The position numbers and the translations under genes were made by a program. Under the pieces are notes generated by a model. That model had not been told where the DNA came from. It did not search any database and saw only the letters and a list, made by a program, of their open reading frames with translations. 50,293 nt of DNA from a virus (taxonomy: Duplodnaviria; Caudoviricetes). Below are positions 28,000 through 35,634 of this stretch, in pieces. The first letter of the stretch is position 1. Each line of letters opens with the position of its first letter. Location: positions 1-50,293 of the IMG/VR virus record IMGVR_UViG_3300028044_000972. One strand, written 5' to 3'.

Positions 28000-29424
28000 T
28001 TATTGTCCGTCGGTGTCGTTGAAGTTGTTGGGTTGGTAAGTGGGTTTGCTGGTCGTGGCTTGGCGGGATTCGGTTTTGTTGCTGTAGAGTTTTTCGGTGC
28101 TGTTTTTGAATTTTGTGATCTCGGCGTCGAAGAGGAGCTCGATGCGGCCGACGGGGCCGTTGCGTTGCTTGGCCAGGATCAGGACGGCTTTGCCTTTGTC
28201 TTCTTCCTTGTGACTGACTCGCTCGGGGCGGTGCAGCAACGCGACGACGTCGGCATCTTGTTCGATGCTGCCGCTCTCGCGGAGGTGGCTGAGCTTGGGC
28301 TCGGCGCGTTCTTCGGCGTCGCGGTTGAGCTGGCTCAGGGCGATGACGGGGACGCCGAGCTCCATGGCGGTCTGCTTGAGGCCGCTGCTGATCTCGTCGA
28401 TCTCGAGGCGGCGGTCCTGGGCGGCGCGTTTGCTGGAGCCTTTCATCAGCTGGAGGTAGTCGACGATGAGGAGCTTCACTCCGTATTTGGCCACGGCGCG
28501 GCGGGCGCGGGCCCGGAAGGCGGCGATGCTCAGGGCGGGCGTCTCGTCGATGTAAAGCGGGGCCTGGCTGATTTCGTCGTGCTTGGCGCCGAGGTTTTGC
28601 ATGTCGGTCTTGGACATAAAGCCGTCGCGGATGCGCTGGAGCTTGACGCCGGCTTGGGTGCAGAGGACGCGTTCCATCAAGTCGGCGGCGCCCATCTCGA
28701 GACTGAAGAGGGCGGTGGGGACTTTGTCGGCCAGGCAGGCGTGCTCGGCGATGTTTGTGGCGAAGGCGCTTTTGCCCATGCTCGGCCGGGCGGCGATGAT
28801 GATGAGCTGCGAGGGTTTCAATCCGCTGGTCATGCGGTCGAAGTCGTGAAAGCCGGTGGCGATGCCGATGGGCTTGCCGCGCTTTTTGTAGGCTTGCTCG
28901 ATCCGGTCGGCGGCTTCGCTCACGGCGGTGGCGCAGTGCTGCAGGCCGGTTTGTTTCGTGTCGAGGCGGAGGTCGAGGAGGCTTTTCTCGCTGGTGTCGA
29001 GGATCTCGTCGCTCGTGCGCTGGAAGTTGCGGGCCTCGAACATGAGCTCGACGCCGATGCGGTGGATCTCGCGGCGGCGCCAGTAGTCGCGGAGCTGGTC
29101 GGCCCAATGACTGACGGTGGCGGCGGAGCATTCGACGCGGGTGTATTCGGCGGCGATGAAGCCGGGCCCGCCTTCGATCTTCTCGAGCTCGCCGGTCTGG
29201 CGGAATCCTTCGGTGAAGGTGAGCAGGTCGATGGGCTGACGCTTGGCGCTGAGGGTCTTGAGGACTTGCCAGGCGGTGGCGTTGACCGGGGCGAAGAACC
29301 AGTCGTCGTGCACGAGTTCCATGGCGGCGTCGAGGGCGGTGGTGCCGCCGTTGAGGACGCTGCTGATCAGGCCGGCTTCGGTGGGCTGGGACCAAAGGGG
29401 GATGGCGTTGGGGTCGGGATTCAT
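28000..29424 (-). CDS. dnaB: Replicative DNA helicase DnaB
   Basis: AARPSMGKS, FSLEM, IVDYLQL, ALSQLNR, LRESGSIEQDAD, AKQRNGP. Confidence 0.97.
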   Translation of the reverse strand: MNPDPNAIPLWSQPTEAGLISSVLNGGTTALDAAMELVHDDWFFAPVNATAWQVLKTLSAKRQPIDLLTFTEGFRQTGELEKIEGGPGFIAAEYTRVECSAATVSHWADQLRDYWRRREIHRIGVELMFEARNFQRTSDEILDTSEKSLLDLRLDTKQTGLQHCATAVSEAADRIEQAYKKRGKPIGIATGFHDFDRMTSGLKPSQLIIIAARPSMGKSAFATNIAEHACLADKVPTALFSLEMGAADLMERVLCTQAGVKLQRIRDGFMSKTDMQNLGAKHDEISQAPLYIDETPALSIAAFRARARRAVAKYGVKLLIVDYLQLMKGSSKRAAQDRRLEIDEISSGLKQTAMELGVPVIALSQLNRDAEERAEPKLSHLRESGSIEQDADVVALLHRPERVSHKEEDKGKAVLILAKQRNGPVGRIELLFDAEITKFKNSTEKLYSNKTESRQATTSKPTYQPNNFNDTDGQ

Positions 29425-29678
29425 GGGAATTGGAGATTTGAAATTTGAGATTTCAGAGGGTCGGAGTTGCAAGAATGCAAAGCCTCCATGGCGACGAGGA
29501 CGGCGCTGCACTGGGCCGGGCTGGCGTCTTGTGAGGTGTCGAGCCCGGCGACGTAGCGGAGGGCGTCCCGGTAGAGTTCGCTCTCGCGTTCGAGGCGCCG
29601 GATTTTTTCAAGCCGGTCGTGGACGATAATGAGGAGGTGGGCGTTCTCTTTTTCAAGACGCTGAAGGTCGGGGTTCAT
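29421..29678 (-). CDS. Hypothetical protein
   Basis: 85 aa; C-terminus encoded by AATCTCA-type heptamers. Confidence 0.5.
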   Translation of the reverse strand: MNPDLQRLEKENAHLLIIVHDRLEKIRRLERESELYRDALRYVAGLDTSQDASPAQCSAVLVAMEALHSCNSDPLKSQISNLQFP

Positions 29679-29913
29679 GAGGATTGGAGATTTGAGATTT
29701 TAGGACGTTGCGGGCTTGCTCGAGGGCGGTGAAGAGTTCGACGCGGGCGTAGTCGTAGATGGCGTCGGGTTGCTGGAATCGCTGGTGGGCGGCGTCGATG
29801 AGGCGGTGGAGGGCTTGCTCGAGGTGGTCGCGGCGTTTGTGGGCGGCGTCGAGAGCGGCCTCTAAGCGGTCGAGGTCGAAGGCGCTGATGGTGACGTCGT
29901 GGGTGCGGCTCAT
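29653..29913 (-). CDS. Hypothetical protein
   Basis: 86-aa coupled ORF. Confidence 0.5.
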   Translation of the reverse strand: MSRTHDVTISAFDLDRLEAALDAAHKRRDHLEQALHRLIDAAHQRFQQPDAIYDYARVELFTALEQARNVLKSQISNPHEPRPSAS

Positions 29914-30146
29914 GATTGGAGGTCGAATTCGACGGCGGCCAGGGCGGCTTCGCGGGCGGCGAGGGCGAGTTGGTTGCGCGGGGTGCTCAGGCGAAGGGCG
30001 TAGACCAGGAGGGCGACTTGCTCGGCGGCGCGGTCGTAAAGCCGGGCGAGCTCGAGGGCGCTGGGTGCGGGGTTGGTGCCGGTGGGGAATTTGTCGTAGG
30101 GGACAAACTCGATGCGGCCGAGTTGATGGGTGGGCATGGGGTTCAT
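29910..30146 (-). CDS. Hypothetical protein
   Basis: 78-aa coupled ORF. Confidence 0.5.
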   Translation of the reverse strand: MNPMPTHQLGRIEFVPYDKFPTGTNPAPSALELARLYDRAAEQVALLVYALRLSTPRNQLALAAREAALAAVEFDLQS

Positions 30147-30344
30147 GGGTGTGAAGGGATTGCCCCTGCCTGTTTCATGCGGTGCACAGTATTGTGGCGG
30201 CCGGTCGGCGGATCTCCCGCCGCACCATGGGTCAGGGGCAAAGTGTTCATGCGTAAGGGCCGCCTCCGTCGTCGTCGAACATGACCAGGAGAATCATGGC
30301 GATGAGGGCTATGAGGGCGGTGTAGGCCAGGAAGCTCTCGGTCG

Positions 30345-31265
30345 TCATGCGGCCTCCTCTCGTTCGGCGGCGGCGATGACTTCGAGGATCTCTCGGCGGA
30401 GGGACTCGGGGATGTCGGACCACTGGGAATAGGGCATGGTGGCCGGATCGATGTCCGGATAAAGGGCGACCAGGGCGGCGTGCCAGATGTCAGCGGGCGG
30501 GCCCCCCATTTCTTTTTTTTGCGAATTTCCGGAGGCGAGGCCGTGACGCTCGCAATGGGCGGCGGCGCGGGTCAGCTCGCCGGACCAGTTGTTCAGCAGC
30601 GTGGCGAGGTCTTTGCGGCGGTAGTCGTCGCGGCTGGCGATCACGTCGCAGTAGTAGGACTCGAGCTGGCGCCATTCGTCGTCGGTCGTGGCGGCAACGG
30701 CGGCGAGGTTGGTCTTCCACGCCCGGGCTTGGGAGCGGTCGAGCGGGGTGCCGGGGCGCATGCGGAAGATGGCTTTGGCTCGGAGGAGGCTGGGATCTTC
30801 AGCGGGCGGAGCCGATGGTGCCTCGTCCCCGCTTGCGGGGACTATAGGGGTATCCCTTCCCTTCCCTGTTCCATTCCCTGTTCCCTGATCCTGCGTCGAT
30901 TGATCAACGAGGACTCGTCGATCGTTCGTCGAGGATTCGACGAGCGCATATTGCTTGAGACGAGAGGGTTGCGGACGGTCGACTCTTTGGTGCTTGCGGA
31001 AGTTGGTCACGCGTCCAATCGGGCGGTCAGGACTGCCGCAGAGGTCGATCCACTCACTGCGCGACAGCTCGTCGAGCATTCGTCGAACGTTCGACGAATC
31101 TTCGCGGAAGAGAACGGCGCCGCGGATGTAGTCCGGATCAGCGTCAAAGTAGCCTTCGTCGTCGGCGAGATTGAGCAGGCCGAGGGCGAGGATGCGGGTG
31201 TCGTAGGCCAGCCGGCTCATGACGGGGTGGACCCAAAATTCGGGTTTTACTGTGCGGATGCGCAT
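30345..31265 (-). CDS. Phage replication initiator (replisome organiser, lambda O analogue)
   Basis: MRIRTVKPEFW...NLADDEG...NFRKHQR N-terminal domain; internal repeats; upstream of dnaB. Confidence 0.85.
   Translation of the reverse strand: MRIRTVKPEFWVHPVMSRLAYDTRILALGLLNLADDEGYFDADPDYIRGAVLFREDSSNVRRMLDELSRSEWIDLCGSPDRPIGRVTNFRKHQRVDRPQPSRLKQYALVESSTNDRRVLVDQSTQDQGTGNGTGKGRDTPIVPASGDEAPSAPPAEDPSLLRAKAIFRMRPGTPLDRSQARAWKTNLAAVAATTDDEWRQLESYYCDVIASRDDYRRKDLATLLNNWSGELTRAAAHCERHGLASGNSQKKEMGGPPADIWHAALVALYPDIDPATMPYSQWSDIPESLRREILEVIAAAEREEAA
30855..31101. promoter_or_regulatory. Putative replication origin: 11-bp-phased TCGWCGA iterons inside the initiator gene
   Basis: Units at 30893/30904 (degenerate), 30915/30926/30937 and 31069/31080/31091; 22-bp perfect palindrome at 31078-31099; pyrimidine tract at 30855-30886. 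Confidence 0.65.
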
Positions 31266-31444
31266 GGCGGGGTCTTTCTTTTCGATTGAGGGATGGTGAA
31301 GCTGCGACGGAAGGGGTTGCCCCAGACGATGCCGCGGCGCTTGGCCCAGGCATCCAGGGCGCGATTAAAGCCGACGCAGTCGAGCTGCTCGTAGCCAACG
31401 GTGCCGGGTTCGATTTGTATGGGGAGGCGGTTCATTTTTTTCAT
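31247..31444 (-). CDS. Hypothetical protein
   Basis: MKKMNRLPIQIEPG...; early-region ORF. Confidence 0.4.
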   Translation of the reverse strand: MKKMNRLPIQIEPGTVGYEQLDCVGFNRALDAWAKRRGIVWGNPFRRSFTIPQSKRKTPPCASAQ

Positions 31445-31558
31445 GGGCGGCGGGCGAGGCGCTCGAGGATGGACTTCCAACCGAGATAGCCGACGAGCTG
31501 GTGGCGGCCGTCGCTCTCGCGGGCGACGTCGGGCGCTTTCGCGGCGGTGGGTTTGGGG

Positions 31559-31756
31559 TCAGTGCTGCTGGTGGCCATGGTAAATTTGCCTTTCGTCTTT
31601 GGTCATGGGGCGGAGTGAGTGAACGCGGTAGAGGCCTTCGACCAGATCCATGACGTCGCGGTTGCAGGGGACGCAAAGGGCGCCGATGTCGTGCACAAAG
31701 GCGGCTTCGCGGGTCTTGCCGTATTCGACGCAGAGGATGCAGTCAGGGGCGTTCAT
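31559..31756 (-). CDS. Small Cys-rich protein (two CxxC)
   Basis: CILC...CVPC. Confidence 0.55.
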   Translation of the reverse strand: MNAPDCILCVEYGKTREAAFVHDIGALCVPCNRDVMDLVEGLYRVHSLRPMTKDERQIYHGHQQH

Positions 31757-32223
31757 GGGCGGAGAGCAACGGTGCGGTGATGGGCGGCTTCCCAGGAGCC
31801 GGTGTCGTTGAGCTGGACGGCAAACTTTTCGCCCGCCCGGTAGAAGGCGCTGTCGCGCACGGCGACGTTGATCATCCCGGCCTTGCCTTCAATCTCGCAG
31901 CCAAGCAGGCGGCGGTTGAAGTGATGGCGCCGGGCGATAGCGTAGATGGCAACGTCGTCATCAAGCTCTTCGACTGGAACCTCCGGCGCGGGCCCTGGCT
32001 GCCACTGCGGGGCGTCTTCGGGCGGCTCAGGCACTTCGACGGCCAGACGCCCTGCGGCCGCGGGACGTCGCAGGCGCAGGGCCTCAGCCATTTTGCGGAT
32101 GCCCTCCGGGCTCAACACGCGGAGCCCCCCTTCTTTTTTTTGGAAATCGGAGCCTTCTTCAAGGTAGGTTTCCGGGGTGATGAGGCCGGTGTTGGGCCCC
32201 CCTTCTTTTTGGTGCGTTTGCAT
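31753..32223 (-). CDS. Hypothetical protein
   Basis: 156 aa; ATGA-coupled to the next ORF. Confidence 0.5.
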   Translation of the reverse strand: MQTHQKEGGPNTGLITPETYLEEGSDFQKKEGGLRVLSPEGIRKMAEALRLRRPAAAGRLAVEVPEPPEDAPQWQPGPAPEVPVEELDDDVAIYAIARRHHFNRRLLGCEIEGKAGMINVAVRDSAFYRAGEKFAVQLNDTGSWEAAHHRTVALRP

Positions 32224-33149
32224 AAAGTCGTGGCGCCGGGCAACCCCCCAGCTGCACCGCCGCCTTCCACATCGCCGCCCTCACCCCGACCGCCGGCGCC
32301 CCTTATATGTTCGCCAGCAACCGATGCGGTTGCGTCTTCTGTAGAATGGGCCCTTTGCCCAAAATTCTGGTTTTCCGAATCAATCCACCGGGGGGCACCA
32401 TCGCCGACGCCCGCACCCCCCCCGCCCCCCTCACCGGCACCGGGGGGAGGCACGCTCGGCACTCCGTCAGTGGTCCGAGAAGTGGTGCCCTCACCCGCTT
32501 GCACACTGTTAGCAGGTCCGATAACATCTGATTGCAGATCAGACGAGGCCTCGAGCAGCCCGACGACCGAGCCCTCAAGGCCGGCCGCCCTTTGTCCGGG
32601 CGTTTCCGCGGGAACACCCATTGAAATGACCTCGAACTCCGCATCGACCACCGGCAACGCATCGAGGTAGGCCTGCACCTGGTCGGGCTTGACCTCGACC
32701 CGCTCCACCCTGCTCGTCGCCTCGCCGGCCAGCAGTGCATACTTGTCGACTACGACGGCCAAGGTGATGGCAGCGTCCTTGGCACTCTTTAGATCCGGGA
32801 TCAGCTCGATCACCTTCTCGGCTGACAGGCGCCGGGCCGTCCCGAGCATCTTCATCAACTCCTTTTTATCCTGCTCTATAGAAATGCCCTCACGCTCACG
32901 CACCGCAACGACCGTGTTCCGACTGACCCCGAGCGCCCGTGCCGCAGCCGAGATGCTCAGACCCTCGGCCGCCATCCGGACGATCGCCGAGTAGATGCCT
33001 GGCCGATCCCGGAACAACCGCTCCCCGGTGAACTCACCAGCTTGAGCCAGCCTTTCACTGGCTTCCCTTTCCTCCTCAGAAAAAAAAGAGAAGGCGGGCG
33101 AGGCGCGTTCAGCCCGGGCGGCCGCTAGGATAAGCGACGAGTCGGTCAT
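32112..33149 (-). CDS. HTH protein, terminase-small-subunit-like, with a long low-complexity tail
   Basis: GLSISAAARALGVSRNTV HTH; AITLAVVVDKYALLAGEAT segment resembles TerS oligomerisation regions. Confidence 0.55.
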   Translation of the reverse strand: MTDSSLILAAARAERASPAFSFFSEEEREASERLAQAGEFTGERLFRDRPGIYSAIVRMAAEGLSISAAARALGVSRNTVVAVREREGISIEQDKKELMKMLGTARRLSAEKVIELIPDLKSAKDAAITLAVVVDKYALLAGEATSRVERVEVKPDQVQAYLDALPVVDAEFEVISMGVPAETPGQRAAGLEGSVVGLLEASSDLQSDVIGPANSVQAGEGTTSRTTDGVPSVPPPGAGEGGGGGAGVGDGAPRWIDSENQNFGQRAHSTEDATASVAGEHIRGAGGRGEGGDVEGGGAAGGLPGATTLCKRTKKKGGPTPASSPRKPTLKKAPISKKKKGGSAC

Positions 33150-33370
33150 GCCACGCGCAACTTCGGACGTTTGCTGATCCGGTGAGATTCCAGCCAGGAC
33201 AAGACGGCCGGCTCCGGGATGACCACCCGAGAGCCCACCCGGTAATGCTCGAGGTCGCCGCGGCTCAGCGCCTGGCTGACCGTCGTGCGTCCCAGGCCGG
33301 TCCGCCGGCACAGCTCAGCAACGCTGAAACAGGTCGGCAGGCTGTATGTTTCCGTGTGCTGATTTGACAT
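33146..33370 (-). CDS. Excisionase-like HTH protein
   Basis: FSVAELCRRTGLGRTTV...GDLEHYRVGSRVVIP. Confidence 0.8.
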   Translation of the reverse strand: MSNQHTETYSLPTCFSVAELCRRTGLGRTTVSQALSRGDLEHYRVGSRVVIPEPAVLSWLESHRISKRPKLRVA

Positions 33371-33398
33371 ACAAAAAAAGAAAAAGGGGCGGGTGGGG

Positions 33399-33611
33399 TC
33401 AATCCGGCCACGCTTGGCAGTTGTCGGGCGGCATGGCGTGCTCGGCGCAATATGCGGCGATCGCGCCCGCGGCCGATTCCGCATGCACCAGCTCGCGCCA
33501 GGCACCAGTCAGCGGGCAAAATCCCTGCACCATGAAGCGGCGGCGGGCCACCAGCCGCGGCGCCCAGGTCCGGCTCGAGGCCGGCCGCTCCATCGTCGCA
33601 GCCTGGCTCAC
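33399..33611 (-). CDS. Hypothetical early protein
   Basis: 70 aa; GTG start overlaps the upstream stop. Confidence 0.5.
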   Translation of the reverse strand: MSQAATMERPASSRTWAPRLVARRRFMVQGFCPLTGAWRELVHAESAAGAIAAYCAEHAMPPDNCQAWPD

Positions 33612-33712
33612 TTGCCACCCCTTTCAAACAAGCGTTCGAATGAGTAGAGCACCCCGGCCGCAGCCACATTGAAAGCCACCAGCAAAATAAAAAGGACGGC
33701 CGAGTCGCTCAT
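33608..33712 (-). CDS. 34-aa single-TM peptide
   Basis: Hand-translated MSDSAVLFILLVAFNVAAAGVLYSFERLFERGGK; overlaps both neighbours. Confidence 0.5.
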   Translation of the reverse strand: MSDSAVLFILLVAFNVAAAGVLYSFERLFERGGK

Positions 33713-33885
33713 GCCGCCACCTCGCACTCCGTATTGAGTAGCGCCGTTTTGCGCCGCTCCAGCTCCTCGATGATTAAACGCCGGACGACCGCGGATCGGC
33801 TCAGATACTGGCTCCGCGCATGGTCATGGATCTGATGAAAGACATCCTCCGGCAACGTCACAGTCAGTGGAACGAGTTTTGCCAT
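33709..33885 (-). CDS. 58-aa ribbon-helix-helix regulator in the Cro position
   Basis: Hand-translated MAKLVPLTVTLPEDVFHQIHDHARSQYLSRSAVVRRLI... Confidence 0.75.
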   Translation of the reverse strand: MAKLVPLTVTLPEDVFHQIHDHARSQYLSRSAVVRRLIIEELERRKTALLNTECEVAA

Positions 33886-33970
33886 GGGGTCTTAATCCCA
33901 TTATTGTGAGTTCTTGACAAGAAAAACTTAAGAAAGTTGAAGATTCTTGCGGCACTGGTATTTTGTCCCC
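33886..33970. promoter_or_regulatory. Divergent promoter/operator region of the genetic switch
   Basis: AT-rich; TTCTTG-A-CAAGAA inverted repeat; TTGAAG-16-TATTTT ending 6 nt before the ATG at 33971 (leaderless-like). Confidence 0.6.
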
Positions 33971-34243
33971 ATGAAACGCACAAAGAAACCCCGTAACCAC
34001 GGCCCCGGCAGCAAGTCAGTTTACATCTCCACCAGCATTCCCAAGCACATCGACGCCGAGCTCCGGCGGCTCGCCTCCCAGTCCGAGCTCACCCGCGGCG
34101 GCATGGCCCGCGAATGCATAGAAGACGCCGTCACCCGAGGCCTGGTCGTCAGTAAGACCCGGCGCAGCAGCACCGTCCTCGAGTATCCCCTGCTCCACCC
34201 CGAAAACCCCACCGTCCGCGCTGCCGACGATGCGGGACTATAA
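33971..34243 (+). CDS. Ribbon-helix-helix regulator in the repressor position
   Basis: VYISTSIPKHIDAELRRLASQSELTRGGMARECIEDAV. Confidence 0.7.
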   Translation: MKRTKKPRNHGPGSKSVYISTSIPKHIDAELRRLASQSELTRGGMARECIEDAVTRGLVVSKTRRSSTVLEYPLLHPENPTVRAADDAGL

Positions 34244-34296
34244 TCTTGCCAACCGAGTATCTGGAAGGCAATATCCTCCGCGGACCATGGGCCGGC

Positions 34297-34602
34297 TCAT
34301 GGTTTTGATTTAGGCCAGTCCCCGCGCCGCGGCCGCGGCTCCACCGCCGGCGGCTGCAGATACGCGCCGAGCCCCGCCAGCGCCCCACACAAAGCCATCG
34401 CCAGCAACCAACGCCAGGACTCGCCGATCGCGCCCACCAGATTCGTCGCCCAGGAGAATCTCGTGCCCAGCTCCCACGGCTCAAAGACAGCCCCATCCGT
34501 CCACATCGCCGCCGTGATCGGCGAAGCCAGGAGCAAAATCACCACGCCCCAGCCGCCCGCCAGCAGGCAAACCCAACTCAACACCGGCCGCCAACGATTC
34601 AT
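34297..34602 (-). CDS. Membrane protein with two predicted TM segments
   Basis: Two hydrophobic segments; ATG overlaps the stop of the displaced gene fragment. Confidence 0.6.
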   Translation of the reverse strand: MNRWRPVLSWVCLLAGGWGVVILLLASPITAAMWTDGAVFEPWELGTRFSWATNLVGAIGESWRWLLAMALCGALAGLGAYLQPPAVEPRPRRGDWPKSKP

Positions 34603-34691
34603 GGTCCGAAACTAAGCGCCGGGCCCACCCCCGACAAGCCCCGCAAATCAAAGAGCATCCGCTCCGGCACCGGCTCCCCATAGCGCACCAT
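34599..34691 (-). pseudogene. Displaced original 3' end of the lipoprotein gene 35635..35988
   Basis: Encodes MVRYGEPVPERMLFDLRGLSGVGPALS; 34615-34691 matches 35648-35724 at 73/77 nt. Confidence 0.85.
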
Positions 34692-35078
34692 CAGAGCACC
34701 AGCCCGCGGAGGACAACGCCCGCCAGGCGAAGTTGTCGGAGGACCTGTTCCGGCGGCGCCAGTTAACGTCCTGGCCAACACACCACCATGCTGCAACTGC
34801 GCGCCTGAGGGCGCGGCCCCACCAGTTAAGTCCGCGGGATTGAGCAATCGGAACCGATCACTACACGCTCGACACGTTTGCGCGGAGGCGTCGGCCAACG
34901 TAACGCAGAGAAACGCACCTCACTAACTTCCCCCGGAAAGTTGTCTATCGGCGGGGAATGGCCGTCCGCGGTGGTCAGAACCGGCGTTGCAAGTAGTCTT
35001 GTGCGGACCTGTTCCGGCGGCGCCAGTTAACGTCCTGGCCAACACACCACCGCGTTACGTTGAGAGCTTGAACACGAC
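34692..35078 (-). ncRNA. Candidate ~390-nt structured RNA with two identical 47-nt modules
   Basis: Repeats at 34741-34787 and 35005-35051; closing stems 34896-34906/35052-35062 and 34703-34710/34831-34838; extended -10 TGGTATAAA at 35091-35083. Confidence 0.55.
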
Positions 35079-35145
35079 TTCATTTATACCATCCATCCAC
35101 CGCCTCAGGTGCGTAAAAATATTTTCAAACAATGCATTTTTTTTA

Positions 35146-35173
35146 TTGACATAACCCAACGATTGGTTATTGT
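35146..35173 (+). promoter_or_regulatory. Sigma70-type promoter with an overlapping operator-like palindrome
   Basis: TTGACA-16-TATTGT; ATAACC-N8-GGTTAT at 35151-35170; A/T tract upstream. Confidence 0.75.
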
Positions 35174-35182
35174 GATGGCGTT

Positions 35183-35554
35183 ATGACCACCACAAACACA
35201 ACACGTCAGGCTGCCGCAACGCTCGGCAGCATCACCAGCGAATCCAAAGCGCGGGCCGCCCGTCAGAACGGGCTCAGAGGAGGCAGACCAGCTGCTCTGA
35301 CAGGAGGCCGCGCTGCATTCGCCGCAGCCTGCGCCGAGGCGCATTTCAAAAGCGGGGTGCACGATCCCTGCGTGCGCTACTCCACCACTCGCGGGTTTCA
35401 CGTCGAGAGCAGTCTGGTTCCCGCTCGCCGCGGTGTCGTCTGGCAGGAGGAGGCTGTCTATCGGCTCGACACGCTGAAATACATTCCTCGCGTCGGTCAA
35501 TACCGCGAAGTGCGCGCGGAGATTTTGGAGCGTCTGGCCGAGGACGACAACTAA
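35183..35554 (+). CDS. 123-aa protein with an N-terminal basic LGS..S..KARAARQNG..GGRP motif (putative DNA-binding)
   Basis: Own promoter and terminator; oriented against the surrounding genes. Confidence 0.75.
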   Translation: MTTTNTTRQAAATLGSITSESKARAARQNGLRGGRPAALTGGRAAFAAACAEAHFKSGVHDPCVRYSTTRGFHVESSLVPARRGVVWQEEAVYRLDTLKYIPRVGQYREVRAEILERLAEDDN

Positions 35555-35577
35555 CAGGCCACCAATACGTCGCAGCC

Positions 35578-35616
35578 AACCCCGCCCTGCTCCTGGTTGA
35601 GCGCGGCGGGGTTTTT
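35578..35616 (+). terminator. Intrinsic terminator
   Basis: AACCCCGCC...GGCGGGGTT stem ending in a T run, between convergent genes. Confidence 0.8.
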
Positions 35617-35634
35617 CGTGAGCGTCTCGCAAGC

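Noticed and set aside
27677-29395. 572-aa Arg/Pro-rich minus-strand ORF
   Set aside because: It is an alternative frame over dnaB; only the last 106 codons (from ATG 27997) look genuine.
34741-34787. HDV-like/theta, twister, pistol or hammerhead ribozyme
   Set aside because: The strand order resembles HDV (P1, P2, P3, P3', P1', GG, P2'), but P3/L3 sizes differ and P4 and the catalytic-C strand are missing. I saw no core motifs of the other classes. A covariance-model search is still needed.
34599-34898. 99-aa ORF from the track as a real gene
   Set aside because: It is a chance read-through of the structured region into the displaced gene fragment, with a non-ATG start.
34741-35051. 47-bp repeats as a CRISPR mini-array
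   Set aside because: Only two copies with a 217-nt structured gap, and no cas genes.
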